Below are positions 18,673 to 30,900 of a DNA stretch of 64,000 nucleotides, piece after piece (the stretch's first letter is position 1; every line of letters begins with the position of its first letter). This stretch comes from Truepera sp. (GTDB taxonomy: Bacteria; Deinococcota; Deinococci; Deinococcales; Trueperaceae): NCBI GenBank assembly GCA_965218435.1, contig CBDCKW010000009.1, positions 2,560,001 to 2,624,000 of the forward strand, given 5' to 3'. The notes under the pieces are model-generated. The model was not told the DNA's origin. It did no database searches and saw only the letters and a program-made list of their open reading frames with translations. Made by a program: the position numbers and the translations under genes.

Positions 18673-21645
18673 GTGGCAAGAGAACCGGTAACCGTGAAAC
18701 GTTCAGGGCGTGGGCAAGCCTCTGGGGGCGCAGGGCGCAAAAAGGCCAAGGGGCGAAGCAAAGGAAAAACCAAAGAGGGCGACCTCGAGGCGCTTGGACT
18801 CGTGCTCTTCGCGCTCGGCGTCTTACTTTTAGGGCTTTTGCTGCCCCTTCCAACCGGCGAACTCGGCGCACTTTTACGCGGCTTATTCACCGACCGTATC
18901 GGCTTCGGCGCGTATTTGCTGCCGTGGCCGCCCCTCGTGTTGGGCGGACTATTGCTCCTCCGGCAAGCACCCAAAGCGTGGCCGCGGGCGCTGGCCGGGT
19001 ACGCGGTGACGGCCCTCGGTGCGTGGCTCCTCGTCTCTTTGGTGCAGCCTGCCGGTCTGGAAGGGGGCGCGTGGGGTCAGGCCCTACGTGAAGGGGTCGG
19101 CGGCGGCGTCGGGATTTTTGCGCTGGTCGTAGCGATTATCGTGATCTCTATCGGCGTAGACATCTTTTTGGCCTATCCACCGACGACCTTGCTCTTAACC
19201 GGCACGCGCAAAAGCGTGTTGGGCGTGCAGCAGGCGGTGCGCGGCAGCAAAGCGGTGCGCCGTGAGGTCAAAGACCGGGCTGCATTTAGAGCAGACGTCG
19301 CCCTCTCAAAAGGACGTTTGCGCGGGCTTTCGCACGACTTAGGCGCACTTGGCGGACTCTATCCGGGCAGCGCCGAGCTGACGCACTGGCAAGAAGCGGT
19401 TAGAGCGGCGCACGGCCACCTCCGCTACGCCGACGCTGACATTTTGCGCGACGCAGAAACGGACGTGCAGGCGTGGGAAGAGGCAGCCCAGAACTTTACC
19501 GATGCCCGCGCCGCCGAGCTGAGCGCACAGTTGGGTGACGAGGGGCTCCGGGGCTTTGACGTGCGGCAGAGTGAGCTGGCCGACGCGCTCGCCGAACCTT
19601 TGGACGACCGTACCCTCGACGGGGTACGGAAGCTGTTGGGCCTCGAGCACACCGCGCTCGGTGAACGCTACAACCGCTTGTTGCGTGAACGTGACCTCTC
19701 GAGCGCGTCGCTTAAGGAAGCCGACCCCAAGGCGCTCGTTCGAGCCTCAAATCTCCACAATGAGCGCGTGACGACCTTCGCCGAGGTTGACACGTCACAG
19801 ACTTCATTAAAAGCTGACGCGGCGTTGCTGGGACCCTGGGCTGAGCTGTTAAAACGCGTCACCGAGTTGCAAGAGGATTATCCGAACAGCACGGCCCTCA
19901 CGACCTTCGCGGCCGAACTGCGTAGTTCGCTTAAACAGGGTCGCTCAGCCCTTAGAACATTAGACGCGCAAAGTGAGGCGCTCGAGTCCCTCACCGCTAC
20001 CTTGGGCCTCGTTTCGGCTGCGCCGGACGTACCAAAAGCTGTTACGGTGGTCGCAGCGCCCGAGGTTGTGGCAGAAGCTGAACCTTACGACGAGCCTTAT
20101 CAAGACGAGCCGTTAACGCAGCCGGACGTAGGTATGGACGCAGATTTGGACCATTTTGAAGAAGACGAACCGGCCGACATTCCCGAAGTCGGCGGTATCC
20201 CCATTCAACTACCGCCACTAACGCTACTCGATACGCCCGAACCCTCACAAGATGACCCCGCCGCGCAAAACCGAGAGGTCAGGACGCGGATCACCAAAAT
20301 TGACGAAACGCTCTCCAACTTCCGCTTGCAGGGGCGCGTCGTCGCCTCCGTTCGCGGCCCGACCGTCACCCGCTTTGAGGTCGAACCGGCCCCCGGCGAA
20401 AAGATCAGCCGTTTTTCAGGCTTGTCCGACGATTTAGCCTTGGCGATGGCCGTCGGCTCAGTGCGTATCGAAGCGCCGATTCCGGGCAAGAGTGTTATCG
20501 GTTTAGAGGTTCCCAACGCCCACCGCGACCTCATCAGATTTCGTGAGGCTGCTGAATCGCCGCCGTTTCGCCGCGCCAAAGCCCGTTTGCCGCTTATCTT
20601 AGGTAAAAGTATTGACGGTGAGATGGTTGTCGGCGACCTCGCCCGGATGCCGCACCTCTTGATTGCCGGGTCTACAGGTTCGGGAAAATCGGTCGCCGTC
20701 AACACGCTGATCGGCTCGCTCTTGTACCGTTTTCTACCAACTGACTTACGCTTCTTAATGATTGACCCGAAGATGGTCGAGCTGACGCCCTTTGACGGTG
20801 TGCCGCATCTCCTGCGCCCGGTCGTCACCAACCCGAACGACGCCGCCGGGGTACTTCTCGGTTTGGTCGCGCACATGGAGCGCCGTTACAAGATGATGAG
20901 CAAAATCGGCGCAAAAAACTTAGACCAGTACAACCAAAAGGCGCAGACGCTCGATATGCCCGAGCTGCCGTTCATCATCATCATTATTGACGAGTTGGCC
21001 GACCTGATGATCACCTCACCTAAAGAGGTCGAATCGGCGATTATGCGGCTCGCGCAGATGGCGCGGGCGACGGGGATGCATTTAGTTCTCGCTACGCAGC
21101 GCCCGAGCGTGGACATTTTGACGAGTTTGATTAAAGTCAATGTTCCGGCGAGAGTTGCCTTTGCGGTTTCGAGCGGGCACGACTCGAGAACCATCTTGGA
21201 CACGATGGGGGCCGAACGCCTGACCGGGATGGGCGACATGCTCTTTTATCAACCGGGGCTGGCTAAACCGACCCGTTTGCAAGGGCCGTTTATCAGCGAG
21301 GACGAAATTTTTACCCTCGCCAGCTTTTTACGGCGGCAATACTTTGACGACGATTTTGTTGAAGCTTACGGCTCGGACTTCGACCCGCCCCCAATGGATG
21401 AAAGTTCAGCTTCGGGCATGGTGGACTGGAACGACGACAAGTTGCGTGAGGCAGCCGAGCTGATTATCCGGGACGGGTACGGGAGCGTCTCGAGACTCCA
21501 GCGCCGCTTATCCGTCGGGCACGCCCGCGCCGGTAAACTGATGGATTCGCTCGAGGCGCTTGCAGTCGTCGGGCCACACATGGGTTCAAAACCTCGTGAC
21601 GTGTTGGTGACGTTTGAAGAGTTACCGAATATCTTTGGGAAGTAG
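18673..21645 (+). CDS. ftsK: DNA translocase FtsK/SpoIIIE
   Basis: N-terminal TMs, [46 protein letters not shown]-terminal gamma domain [17 protein letters not shown]. Confidence 0.96.
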   Translation: MAREPVTVKRSGRGQASGGAGRKKAKGRSKGKTKEGDLEALGLVLFALGVLLLGLLLPLPTGELGALLRGLFTDRIGFGAYLLPWPPLVLGGLLLLRQAPKAWPRALAGYAVTALGAWLLVSLVQPAGLEGGAWGQALREGVGGGVGIFALVVAIIVISIGVDIFLAYPPTTLLLTGTRKSVLGVQQAVRGSKAVRREVKDRAAFRADVALSKGRLRGLSHDLGALGGLYPGSAELTHWQEAVRAAHGHLRYADADILRDAETDVQAWEEAAQNFTDARAAELSAQLGDEGLRGFDVRQSELADALAEPLDDRTLDGVRKLLGLEHTALGERYNRLLRERDLSSASLKEADPKALVRASNLHNERVTTFAEVDTSQTSLKADAALLGPWAELLKRVTELQEDYPNSTALTTFAAELRSSLKQGRSALRTLDAQSEALESLTATLGLVSAAPDVPKAVTVVAAPEVVAEAEPYDEPYQDEPLTQPDVGMDADLDHFEEDEPADIPEVGGIPIQLPPLTLLDTPEPSQDDPAAQNREVRTRITKIDETLSNFRLQGRVVASVRGPTVTRFEVEPAPGEKISRFSGLSDDLALAMAVGSVRIEAPIPGKSVIGLEVPNAHRDLIRFREAAESPPFRRAKARLPLILGKSIDGEMVVGDLARMPHLLIAGSTGSGKSVAVNTLIGSLLYRFLPTDLRFLMIDPKMVELTPFDGVPHLLRPVVTNPNDAAGVLLGLVAHMERRYKMMSKIGAKNLDQYNQKAQTLDMPELPFIIIIIDELADLMITSPKEVESAIMRLAQMARATGMHLVLATQRPSVDILTSLIKVNVPARVAFAVSSGHDSRTILDTMGAERLTGMGDMLFYQPGLAKPTRLQGPFISEDEIFTLASFLRRQYFDDDFVEAYGSDFDPPPMDESSASGMVDWNDDKLREAAELIIRDGYGSVSRLQRRLSVGHARAGKLMDSLEALAVVGPHMGSKPRDVLVTFEELPNIFGK

Positions 21646-21652
21646 CTTGGTT

Positions 21653-22594
21653 TTAGCTGAACTGGCTCAGGTCTATGCGAACGCCTGGACAAATCTCTAT
21701 CGTGTTCGGAAATTCACGCCAATCGTAGCCGTGGAGAAAGTTGTCTACTAGCCATTTGCTGATGTCTTCGAAGTCTCTTAGCCTAACTAATCCCTCACGC
21801 TGTTTCGCTAACCATTGAGCGTCAGGAGTAAAAGTCGTGTTTGTAACTAAAAGACCTGCGTGAAAAGGTGAGTTGTTAAGTACACCCAGCAAATCTCTAA
21901 CATCGCGGGAACCTGTTTTACGGTTGAACGTTTTATGGTGCTTGACCTGAACTGCTAACAAGAAAGGAAACGGTACATCTTTCGGAACTGCGACGATGTC
22001 AATACCACCATCTTTGCTATATGTCCCACTACCTACTTTGTCAACCAGAAAGCCCATTTTATGAAGACGTTCGCAAATCAAATCTTCAAACTTGTCTGGT
22101 GGCAAGTGAAGCAATTCTGAGGGATTTTTGGTTATTTGCTCTATTATTTGTGGAGTGACTTCTTTAATTTTAACTTCTTCAGTGACGAATTGCGTCGAAT
22201 TATCTGTGGAGCGCAGTTGTTCAAGAAACCTACTGAAGTACCTCGCTGCTCCCAGAGTCTTCATCTCCTCGACCGATTTATCCAGCCAAGTATGATGAGC
22301 TAAAACTGCAAGCTTGATGCCTAGCGCCTCATGAAGCACTTTTCGCGTCAAGAGGAGGACATTTCGTGCACCAAACTCCTCAACGTTATTGACTTGGACA
22401 TCAATCCATTGCTTATCCGTAACAATTGCCGGAATTGCAGATATGAAAACCCGCTCACCCTCATAATCTCCAGTCAAGGGGCCAATTCCAGCGTAGATAG
22501 GGTTGCTTGTCAGCTCAAGAACCTGTCGGGCGCTCCATTTATCTGGAAAAGGACTATCTTCTAGCAGAATAGACAAAAGATTTTCGTCAGACAT
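21653..22594 (-). CDS. Mrr-family (PD-(D/E)xK) restriction endonuclease with unusual N-terminal domain
   Basis: FEDLICERL..MGF, DGGIDIVA, VQVKH, GLLVTNTTFT motifs; markedly lower GC than the flanks. Confidence 0.85.
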   Translation of the reverse strand: MSDENLLSILLEDSPFPDKWSARQVLELTSNPIYAGIGPLTGDYEGERVFISAIPAIVTDKQWIDVQVNNVEEFGARNVLLLTRKVLHEALGIKLAVLAHHTWLDKSVEEMKTLGAARYFSRFLEQLRSTDNSTQFVTEEVKIKEVTPQIIEQITKNPSELLHLPPDKFEDLICERLHKMGFLVDKVGSGTYSKDGGIDIVAVPKDVPFPFLLAVQVKHHKTFNRKTGSRDVRDLLGVLNNSPFHAGLLVTNTTFTPDAQWLAKQREGLVRLRDFEDISKWLVDNFLHGYDWREFPNTIEICPGVRIDLSQFS

Positions 22595-22688
22595 AACTCG
22601 CCTTTATGCTAGCAGTAAGTTGCTGAATTGATGGCTCTCTGCATGCCTAATGGAGAGTTCGTGCGCCTCCTCTGACTAGCCTACGCTG

Positions 22689-23198
22689 TTACTCCCCCAA
22701 ATACGAAGTCAGCGCACTTCTCACCGAGTAGTTCGACCACTCTTTTAGAAAGTTCGAGCTGCTCCAAGCTTTGTCTAGGCCGACGCCTGAGACGACCTCG
22801 ATGCCGAGTTTTTCGCAGACGTCCCACTCAGGGATGTTGGTGTGGTCTACCCGGTCGCCGCCCTTGGTAAAAACGTGCGGTTTAAGCTGACGCAGGGCTT
22901 CACGAACCGTTGAGTCATTTTCGATTTCAAACGGCACCACGTAGTCAACCTCACGGATACACGACACGATCGCTGAGCGCGTAGCTAGGTCCATAAACGC
23001 TCGGCCTTTTTTAGCTTTCAAAAAGGCGTCACCGTTGACCACCACGACAAGCGTGTCACCGTAGCTTTTCGATTCGATTAAACAGCTCGCGTGACCGGGG
23101 TGAAGCGGGTCGAAACCGCCCGAGGTGCAGACGATACGGCCGAGTGAGTCTCGCAACGTGTCGAACTTTTCAAAACTGACGATTTCAGCGTATTTCAT
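22689..23198 (-). CDS. Cytidylyltransferase-like nucleotidyltransferase (TagD/RfaE-II/RibL family)
   Basis: SGGFDPLHPGH (HxGH), KGGDR, SSS motifs. Confidence 0.85.
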   Translation of the reverse strand: MKYAEIVSFEKFDTLRDSLGRIVCTSGGFDPLHPGHASCLIESKSYGDTLVVVVNGDAFLKAKKGRAFMDLATRSAIVSCIREVDYVVPFEIENDSTVREALRQLKPHVFTKGGDRVDHTNIPEWDVCEKLGIEVVSGVGLDKAWSSSNFLKEWSNYSVRSALTSYLGE

Positions 23199-23221
23199 TA
23201 CAGATGCCCCCTTAATTAAGT

Positions 23222-24112
23222 TTACCGGCCGAAACGCCGTTCACGAGCCTGAAAGCTTCTAATAGCCCGCAAAAAGTCTACCCGCCGAAAGCTCGGCCAA
23301 AAGGCGTCACAAAAATAGTATTCGCTATACGCCGCCTGCCAGAGCAAAAAGCCCGACAACCGGACCTCGCCCGAGGTGCGGATAATAAAGTCCGGGTCGG
23401 GTGAACCGGCGGTGTAGAGGTGGCGTTCGATTTCGTCAGCCGTGATTTTTTGGGCGAGGTCACCGATGTCGTGGGTTTTAGGAGCCTGCTCGAGCAGCAG
23501 CTTTTGCACCGCCGTGACGATCTCTTCACGGCCCCCGTAACCGATAGCGACGTTGAGCTGACGGTCGCCGTAGTGCGCGGTTGCGGTCTCAACCTCGCGC
23601 AAGGCCGCACGCACATCGTCGGGAAAATCTGAAGTGTCGCCGATGACGCGGACGCGGACGCGGTTTTTATGGATTTTCGGGTCTTCGACCAGCAGCCGCG
23701 CTTGCCGCGCAAAAAGGCTGTGTAGATGCGACACTTCGGTTTCGGCGCGGCCCCGGTTGTCGCTGCTAAAGCCCCATAAGGTCACGTGCTTGATGCCGGT
23801 GTCAAAACACCACTCGAGCACCTCACGCGCTTTGCCCGCGCCGTAATCGTGCCCGGTTGCCACATCTAAACCGATACTTTTGGCGAAGCGGCGGTTGCCG
23901 TCCATAATCAGGCCGATGTGTTTAGGCAACGGGCCGTGCCGGACGCTGCGCTCGAGCCTGCTTTCGTAAAGCCAGTAGAGCGGGCCGGTCAGCCGTTCCC
24001 AAACATTGAGCACGCGCTTGACCGACTTGCGCTTGATAGACCTATGTTTGATAGACTCGGGCGCAGGTAACGTCACACGTTCCACTCTACCGCGCACCTC
24101 TCTCCTGCTCAA
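23222..24112 (-). CDS. uppS: cis-Isoprenyl diphosphate synthase (UppS family); start uncertain
   Basis: HIGLIMDGNRR, YGGREEI, PDFIIRTSGEVRLSGFLLWQAAYSE, RERRFG. Confidence 0.9.
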   Translation of the reverse strand: MSRREVRGRVERVTLPAPESIKHRSIKRKSVKRVLNVWERLTGPLYWLYESRLERSVRHGPLPKHIGLIMDGNRRFAKSIGLDVATGHDYGAGKAREVLEWCFDTGIKHVTLWGFSSDNRGRAETEVSHLHSLFARQARLLVEDPKIHKNRVRVRVIGDTSDFPDDVRAALREVETATAHYGDRQLNVAIGYGGREEIVTAVQKLLLEQAPKTHDIGDLAQKITADEIERHLYTAGSPDPDFIIRTSGEVRLSGFLLWQAAYSEYYFCDAFWPSFRRVDFLRAIRSFQARERRFGR

Positions 24113-24199
24113 CTTGTCTCGGGGTCGTCATAACCTGACCTTTACAAAACCAGCCTTCATAGCCTAATCATAGAGGGAACATCTGCAATTTGGTCTACT

Positions 24200-25210
24200 T
24201 TAGCTCTTGACATGTTCACCATACTGCGTTTTGAAATACGCGGCCTGCTCCGCCTTGCCACCTTGCCACCAGTCGGGGTGCGCCCGGTACCAAGAAATCG
24301 TTTTGGCGATACCCTCGGCGAAGGTCATACTCGGTTGCCACTCGAGGTCGCGCTGCGCTTTAGCGATGTCTAAAGCGTAACGGTAGTCGTGACCGGGACG
24401 GTCTTTGACGTAGGTCAGCAACGCTTTGGGTTTAGCTAATGTATTCAAAATGGTTTCAGCTACGCTCAGACCGTCGGTTTGATTTTGCCCGCCCAAGTTG
24501 TACGCCTCACCACTCTGACCCTTTAAGAGCGCCTGATGAATCCCACGTGCGTGGTCGTCTACAAAGATGTAATCCCGGATCGCCTTACCCGAGCCGTAAA
24601 CGGGCAGCGGTTTGTCTTCTAACGCGTTCGTGATAAAAAGCGGGATGATCTTTTCAGGAAACTGATAGGGGCCGTAGTTGTTCGAGCCCCGCGTCGTCAC
24701 CACGTCCATATCGTAGGTGGTGGCGTAGGCTTGCACCAACAGGTCGCCTCCGGCTTTCGAGGCGCTGTACGGGCTCCGGGGTCTAAACGCATCGTCTTCA
24801 GTGCTCAGCCCGGTCATCACCTCGCCGTAAACCTCGTCGGTTGAAACCTGTAAAAAACGGATGTTATGAGACCTAGCAGCCTCGAGCAGCACCCGCACAC
24901 CCTCCACATTGGTGCGCGTAAACGGCGCGGCGTCTTGAATCGAGCGGTCTACATGCGTTTCGGCGGCAAAGTTGAGCACCGCGTCACAGCCTTGCACGGC
25001 TTTGTTTACGGCGTCCGGGTCGGCGATGTCGCCCCGGATAAAGGTGTAACGTGGGTCATGTTGGAAGTCTTTAAGGGTCGCAGGGTTGGCAGCGTAGGTC
25101 ATCAAGTCTAAGTTGACGACCTCTAAGTCGGTCTCGGTTAAGATAATGCGGATGTACGACGAGCCGATAAAGCCGAGCCCACCCGTCACTAACAGCTTTT
25201 GGTAATTCAT
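24200..25210 (-). CDS. rfbB: dTDP-glucose 4,6-dehydratase
   Basis: VTGGLGFIGS, FAAETHVDRSI, STDEVYG, PYSASK, QFPEKIIP, DRPGHDYRY. Confidence 0.96.
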   Translation of the reverse strand: MNYQKLLVTGGLGFIGSSYIRIILTETDLEVVNLDLMTYAANPATLKDFQHDPRYTFIRGDIADPDAVNKAVQGCDAVLNFAAETHVDRSIQDAAPFTRTNVEGVRVLLEAARSHNIRFLQVSTDEVYGEVMTGLSTEDDAFRPRSPYSASKAGGDLLVQAYATTYDMDVVTTRGSNNYGPYQFPEKIIPLFITNALEDKPLPVYGSGKAIRDYIFVDDHARGIHQALLKGQSGEAYNLGGQNQTDGLSVAETILNTLAKPKALLTYVKDRPGHDYRYALDIAKAQRDLEWQPSMTFAEGIAKTISWYRAHPDWWQGGKAEQAAYFKTQYGEHVKS

Positions 25211-25743
25211 CCTCTGTCCTCCGCCCACAAATCCGCACCAAAAAAGTCCCACGGTAAACGGCCCTCGTTAGGCTTATCTAAACTAAACTGCTGGTTCATT
25301 GCGTAAAAGAGCAGCGCCCCGGACGGTCCCGCCTGATACCCGTGCGCGACGCCTGCCGGAATATAAAGTTGCGCCGGTTCTTCGCCGGACAAGATCACCG
25401 CTCGCCGGTTGCCTTCAGTCGGTGACCCGGCGCGGAGGTCGGCGAGCCAGACTTTGAGCTGCCCCTCGATGACTGTCCAGAGTTCATTTTGCGGTTCGTT
25501 CGGATGAATGTGAAACGCGTTGATCCGCCCCGGTTCGGCGTGGGACACGCTCAGCTGCCGCAGCTCAAACGGGTCAGGCAGGTTTTCCACCCCGCCACTC
25601 GTGACGCGGGCGTATTCCATAAAAAAGCCGTTGTCGCTCCGGCGCTTTTGCAACTTGTTGAGCCACACACCCTCGAGTTCAGGCGCAGACGAATAATCTT
25701 GAAAGGTGAGGGCTTGAGCAGCCATTTCTGAAAGTTGAGTCAT
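25207..25743 (-). CDS. rfbC: dTDP-4-dehydrorhamnose 3,5-epimerase
   Basis: DNGFFME, AFHIH, DLRAGSPT, IPAGVAHGY cupin motifs; position in rml operon. Confidence 0.88.
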   Translation of the reverse strand: MTQLSEMAAQALTFQDYSSAPELEGVWLNKLQKRRSDNGFFMEYARVTSGGVENLPDPFELRQLSVSHAEPGRINAFHIHPNEPQNELWTVIEGQLKVWLADLRAGSPTEGNRRAVILSGEEPAQLYIPAGVAHGYQAGPSGALLFYAMNQQFSLDKPNEGRLPWDFFGADLWAEDRG

Positions 25744-26465
25744 AGGGAATCCTTTGCAGCGAGTTGGAGCCGGAGGCCCTGCCAGCGGCCCGTAGCTAAA
25801 CTGATATCGTCGGGTAGGTCAACCCCCGCAGCGGCTTTCGAGCCGGGTTCGACCGTATCACTGCGCCGCCGCGCCAAGTCAAACACGCTTTTGCGCTCCG
25901 TGGCGATATGCAGCGTAGCAAACGGTATCGCGTCCAGGTGGCGAATTGCCAGGGCAATTTCGGGCGCGATGATGTCTACATAATCCTGACTCGTATACAC
26001 GTCTGCAAACGCGGTTTTGTAGGGCCATTCGCGGGGGCGAAAACTCGTGCGGATGATGAGGTGGCGCGGCGCAACGCGGGCGACTTCCTCAGCGACGAGT
26101 TTAGAGAGGGCGTAGTAGTTTCTCACCGGGCCGACCGGCGCGTCTTCGGTATACGCGCCGGTGTCGCCGTAAAAGACGTAATCGGTCGAGATGTGGACGA
26201 GCGGTACGTCACCCAAAGCTCTCACCAGGTTTCTTGTACCCTCGACATTGACGGCCCAACACCGCGTCCGGTCGGTCTCGGCTCCTCTGACGTCGGTATA
26301 AGCCGCAGCGTGAACGACGGTGGTCGGGCGGTATTTTGCCAGTGCCGCCGTAATGCTTTCAGGTTGAGTAAGCTCGAGTTCACTGCTCGGGGGTGCTGCA
26401 ACATTGGGTAAAAGCCCCTGCAACTCTATTCCCAGCCGTCCACTGCCGCCGGTCAGTAAGATCAC
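25740..26465 (-). CDS. rfbD: dTDP-4-dehydrorhamnose reductase
   Basis: [35 protein letters not shown] overlap with rfbA stop. Confidence 0.92.
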   Translation of the reverse strand: MILLTGGSGRLGIELQGLLPNVAAPPSSELELTQPESITAALAKYRPTTVVHAAAYTDVRGAETDRTRCWAVNVEGTRNLVRALGDVPLVHISTDYVFYGDTGAYTEDAPVGPVRNYYALSKLVAEEVARVAPRHLIIRTSFRPREWPYKTAFADVYTSQDYVDIIAPEIALAIRHLDAIPFATLHIATERKSVFDLARRRSDTVEPGSKAAAGVDLPDDISLATGRWQGLRLQLAAKDSL

Positions 26466-27349
26466 GGGTGACCTCGGCCTTGGATAAGCTCGAGCAGATA
26501 CTGCCCGTACCCGGTTTTGGCCATCGGTTCGGCGAGTGCCCTCACTTCGTCCGCGCTGATCCAGCCTTTGCGGTAGGCGACCTCTTCTAAACACGCGACC
26601 TTGAGCCCTTGGCGCGCCTCGATGGTTTCAACGAAGTTGCACGCTTGCAAGAGAGACTCGTGCGTCCCGGTGTCGAGCCACGCCATCCCGCGTCCAAGCA
26701 GTTCGACGCGTAATTCACCCCGCTTTAAGTAGGCGTTGTTTACATCAGTAATCTCCAGCTCACCGCGCGGCGAGGGGGTGAGCCCAGCAGCGAGGTCTAG
26801 GGCTTGGTTATCGTAAAAGTAAAGCCCGGTCAGCGCGTAGTTCGATTTGGGTTCGGTGGGTTTTTCCTCCAAACTTACCGCCCGCCCCTCGGCGTCAAAC
26901 TCGATGACGCCGTAACGCTCCGGGTCACGCACGTAGTAGCCGAAGACCGTCGCGCCACCAGAGGTTTCGACACTTTCGGCAGCCCGTAACAGCTGCTGCG
27001 AAAAGCTCTGACCAAAAAAAATGTTGTCGCCCAAGACCAGACAAACGGTATCGTCTCCGACGAACTCGCGCCCAATCGTCAGGGCCTGCGCCAAGCCTTT
27101 GGGCTGGGCTTGCTCGGCGTACGAAAAGCTCACCCCCCACTGCGAACCGTCGCCCAAGAGCCGCTGAAAGCTCGGCAGATCGAAGGGCGTGGTGATAACT
27201 AAAATCTCGCGGATGTCGGCGAGCAGCAACACTGAAATCGGGTAGTACACCATCGGTTTGTCAAAGACCGGGATAAGCTGTTTGCTGACGCCCCGCGTCG
27301 CGGGGTAGAGGCGCGTCCCTGAGCCCCCGGCCAGGATAATGCCTTTCAT
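26462..27349 (-). CDS. rfbA: Glucose-1-phosphate thymidylyltransferase
   Basis: [42 protein letters not shown]. Confidence 0.97.
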   Translation of the reverse strand: MKGIILAGGSGTRLYPATRGVSKQLIPVFDKPMVYYPISVLLLADIREILVITTPFDLPSFQRLLGDGSQWGVSFSYAEQAQPKGLAQALTIGREFVGDDTVCLVLGDNIFFGQSFSQQLLRAAESVETSGGATVFGYYVRDPERYGVIEFDAEGRAVSLEEKPTEPKSNYALTGLYFYDNQALDLAAGLTPSPRGELEITDVNNAYLKRGELRVELLGRGMAWLDTGTHESLLQACNFVETIEARQGLKVACLEEVAYRKGWISADEVRALAEPMAKTGYGQYLLELIQGRGHP

Positions 27350-27900
27350 GCGTTTACCTTATCATCCGGCAGTTCCGTGCCCGCTCCGGTTTTGTCGTGC
27401 CTTTGCTTTGAGCGGCCAAAGCGCCACGCCGCCGCGAGAAAAAACACCCCACCGAGAAAGAACCACGGGTCCCAGAGGACGAGGTGCCACTTCGCCGCAG
27501 CTGAACGCATCGAAGCGGGCGTCCCCAACATTCCAAGCGCCATCAGCCCCCGCACGGCCAGGTTAGCCCCGCCGTAAAGTGTCAAAACGAGGCCGATACC
27601 CCAGGCAGCAGTTTGCCGAAGCCAGACCGGAACCCGTCTCCCCCACCGCTGGACGAGTGAGAGCGCGACAAACCCTGCGACGAGCTTGAGAAGTCCAGTC
27701 AGCCAGACGACCGCTAAAAACCAGGGGTTGGCAGTGAGTCCTACAATTTGCGGCGACTGGGTACGGACCAAAAAACTACCGCCCAGTGCCCAATAAAAAC
27801 TTAACGAGGCAAAAACGAACGCCCAAACCGCAGCAGCATAGGCTGACCATACGAGGAACGGCGAACGACCTGCCTGTACCTGATTCACGTCAAGTCCCAC
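27346..27900 (-). CDS. Membrane protein, DUF3995-like
   Basis: 4 TM segments; SFYWALGG and [10 protein letters not shown] motifs. Confidence 0.6.
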   Translation of the reverse strand: MGLDVNQVQAGRSPFLVWSAYAAAVWAFVFASLSFYWALGGSFLVRTQSPQIVGLTANPWFLAVVWLTGLLKLVAGFVALSLVQRWGRRVPVWLRQTAAWGIGLVLTLYGGANLAVRGLMALGMLGTPASMRSAAAKWHLVLWDPWFFLGGVFFLAAAWRFGRSKQRHDKTGAGTELPDDKVNA

Positions 27901-27903
27901 ACA

Positions 27904-30900
27904 CTAACGTGCTCCTTGCCGCGCTACGACCACGGTCACCGTTTTAACCAGGAGCACGATATCCCACCAGAGCGACCAGTTGCGGACATACTGCGACTCC
28001 ATCTCGAGCCGTTCCCCAAAGGTCACGTTGCTGCGGCCGGTGACCTGCCAAAACCCGGTCATCCCCGGTTTGGCCTCTAAAATCACGTCTTGGAGTCCGC
28101 GCATATCCGGAAGTTCTTGCACCAGATACGGGCGTGGCCCGACGAGGCTCATCTCGCCCTTAACGACGTTAAAAAGTTGGGTCAGTTCGTCCAAGCTATA
28201 TTTGCGAATGAGCGAGCCTGCGCGGGTAATACGGGGATCGTTTTCCAACTTGTGAAAGCGTTCGTACTCGAGCCTCACCGCCGGGTCGTCACGGAGCATC
28301 GCCTGCAGGCGTTCGTCGGCGTCGGTATACATGCTGCGAAACTTGAGGCACTTAAAGGGTTTACCCTTTTGCCCAATTCGGGTGCTCCAGTAAAACGACG
28401 AGCCGGGGCTGTCGAGCCGCACCCATAACGCGAGGGCGAGCAAAACCGGTGAAATGAGGAGGCCGCCCAAGACGCCGCCGGTCAAATCAACGGTACGTTT
28501 GACAACCTGGTTGAACCGGGAGTAGAGACCGAGGCGGACCTCGAGCGCAAGCATTCCGTCCAGATCGCTGGCAAACACGCCCTGCGAGGGCAGATTAACT
28601 AGATCAGGAATAAACTGCACCCGCCGGAAGATACGGCCACGGGTATTGATCAGGCCCCCCAAGAGCTGCGGCGTGGCAGTCGGAATCGCCACAATTGCGT
28701 GCTGCACACTGCGCCGAATAGCGTACAGATCGGCGTCGGCGAGTTTGCCGCGAACTCTCAGACCCTCGATGATCTGACCCTGTTTGGCCGCGTCGTCATC
28801 GAAAAAAGCGACTGGGTGCAGCCCGTCTAACGGACTTTTGTTAAGCGCCCGTGCGACCCGCGCCCCAGCTTGCCCCGCGCCTAAAATGACGACCGCGCGC
28901 CCCCAGAGCCGCAGGCGGTGTAACAGCCGTTTCATCACGGCGCGCCCGAGCGGGGTTAGCACCATACTCAAAAAGATAGTCAAGAGCAAAATCGAGCGGG
29001 GGATGGTCAGCTCGCGGTTGAAAAGGACGGTGCCGACCGCTAAGATAAGCCCCGCATAACCAGCACTGACGATCTGTTTGCTGAGTTCTTGAGGTTCGGT
29101 CAGGCCGTAACCAGGGTAAAGCCCTTCACGCCACGCCATCGCAGGCCACAAGAGGAGCGCGTAGCGGGTGAGCTCGAGCGGTGAGGTCTGCGGATTGATC
29201 GGGGTAAGGCCGAACCAACCCGTGCTCCACTGTCTAAGCCAAATGGCTAGGTTAAACGCCAACAGTACCATCACAAAGTCAGCGAGCAGCAGCGCGACCC
29301 GGACGCCGAGCTGCCGCATCCCGCTGTCACGTTCACCCGCGCGGGTGTCGCGGTAGGCGGCGGCTCGCCACCCCGCGACGGCGGCCAGCGGATAGAGAAT
29401 CTGGCCGGAAAAGAGCGTCACATCGAAGATATTGGCCGCTAACAGGGCGCTCAGCACCGCGACAAAGGCAGCGTCGCCCTTTTGTACCGCAACTTGGCCC
29501 AGCGCCACGACGAAAAGGAGCAACCCGGCAAACCCGAACAGCCCCCGCTCGAACAAAATCTGTAATGGGAGCGAACGGGCGTGGGTGGGAGCTTCGCCGT
29601 CGGGCCAGCGGGCACGAAAAAAGTCGGCGAAGTCGCCCGCTTGTCCCCAGAGTGGCGAGGCGACGAATCCGGCCCAGGCGGTCTGCCAGAGGGTGATCCG
29701 GGTGCGCTGCAAGCTGAGGCCCTGCGCTACCGCACCGGGCGTATAGGGCGTGGGCGAGAGGCCCTGCTCGAGCTGCAACCCCGCAAACGCCGCTTCTGAA
29801 CCTGACCTGACGCGGCGGTCGGGCGCAAACCCGAGCCAGCCGCCGAGCCGCGGGGCGCTCCCTTCATAGACGAACGTGACATAAACGCGGTGCCAGAGTC
29901 CACGGGTTTCTAACATACCGGCGTCGAGGACCCGGCCCGGTCCGGTAACAGCCGCCTGCCAACCGGTTTTCCGCTGGTCGGTGGCAGCGGCTGCGGGCCT
30001 AGCCGTTGCCGTAGCGGGCGGAGTTAATGTACCCTGCATTAAAAACGTGTCACTCCCATTAGGAGTTTGGGCGCGGACCAAGACGCCGGGCTCGAGCCGC
30101 CGATTGTCAGCCCAAAGCCAAAGACTGACCGTGTAGGGTTCGCCGCGCGTCAGGGTGATCACCTGTTGCAACCGGGCGTTCGCGCCGGGTTCAACTTTGC
30201 GGATCAGGTAACCTGTGAGCGAAGCTTGACTAAAGGTAAGCGGGGTGTCCTCAACCGCTACCCCGACGGCGTTCCACCAGTCACCGGGCACGACTTCAGT
30301 GCCTTGTAAGAGGTTTTTATCTTCGACCGCAGCCGGGGCCACGTCGATTAAAAAACCGGCGTTTCCCCAGCCAAAGAGCGGCCCTAAAAGCGCCACGCCG
30401 ACCAAAATCATCACGCTAAACGCACCCGTTACGAGGCGTCTACGGGGAACTCTGGGCGTCCGGGGAGTTCGCGCCGGCCCGACGACCGTCAGGGCCGCCG
30501 CGACGATCATCCAGGAGATCGCCGCTTCGCGGCTGCCGGAAACGAGCACGCCGAGCGCCGCGAGCGTCAAGCTCAGGAGTTGCCAGCGCAGCTGCGGCAA
30601 GAGCACCGCGACCAGCGCCCCCAGCGTTAAGACCATATGACCAAACAGGCTTCCCTGCGGCTGCGCGTGAAGCGGTTCGCGCCCGAACTGCTCACGCCAG
30701 AACGCCAAGTCGGGGGTCAAGCCGCCCAGCGAACGGTACAAGCCGAGCGCAACGATCAGGGCCAGACCGGTCAAGAGGCCGAGCCCGATCCACGAGGACT
30801 CGAGCTGAACTTGGAAGCCGTGAATCTGCGAACTGCGAATCTGCGAACTGCGAATCTGCGAGCTGCGAATCTGCGAGCTGTGGACCTGCGAGCTGTGGAC

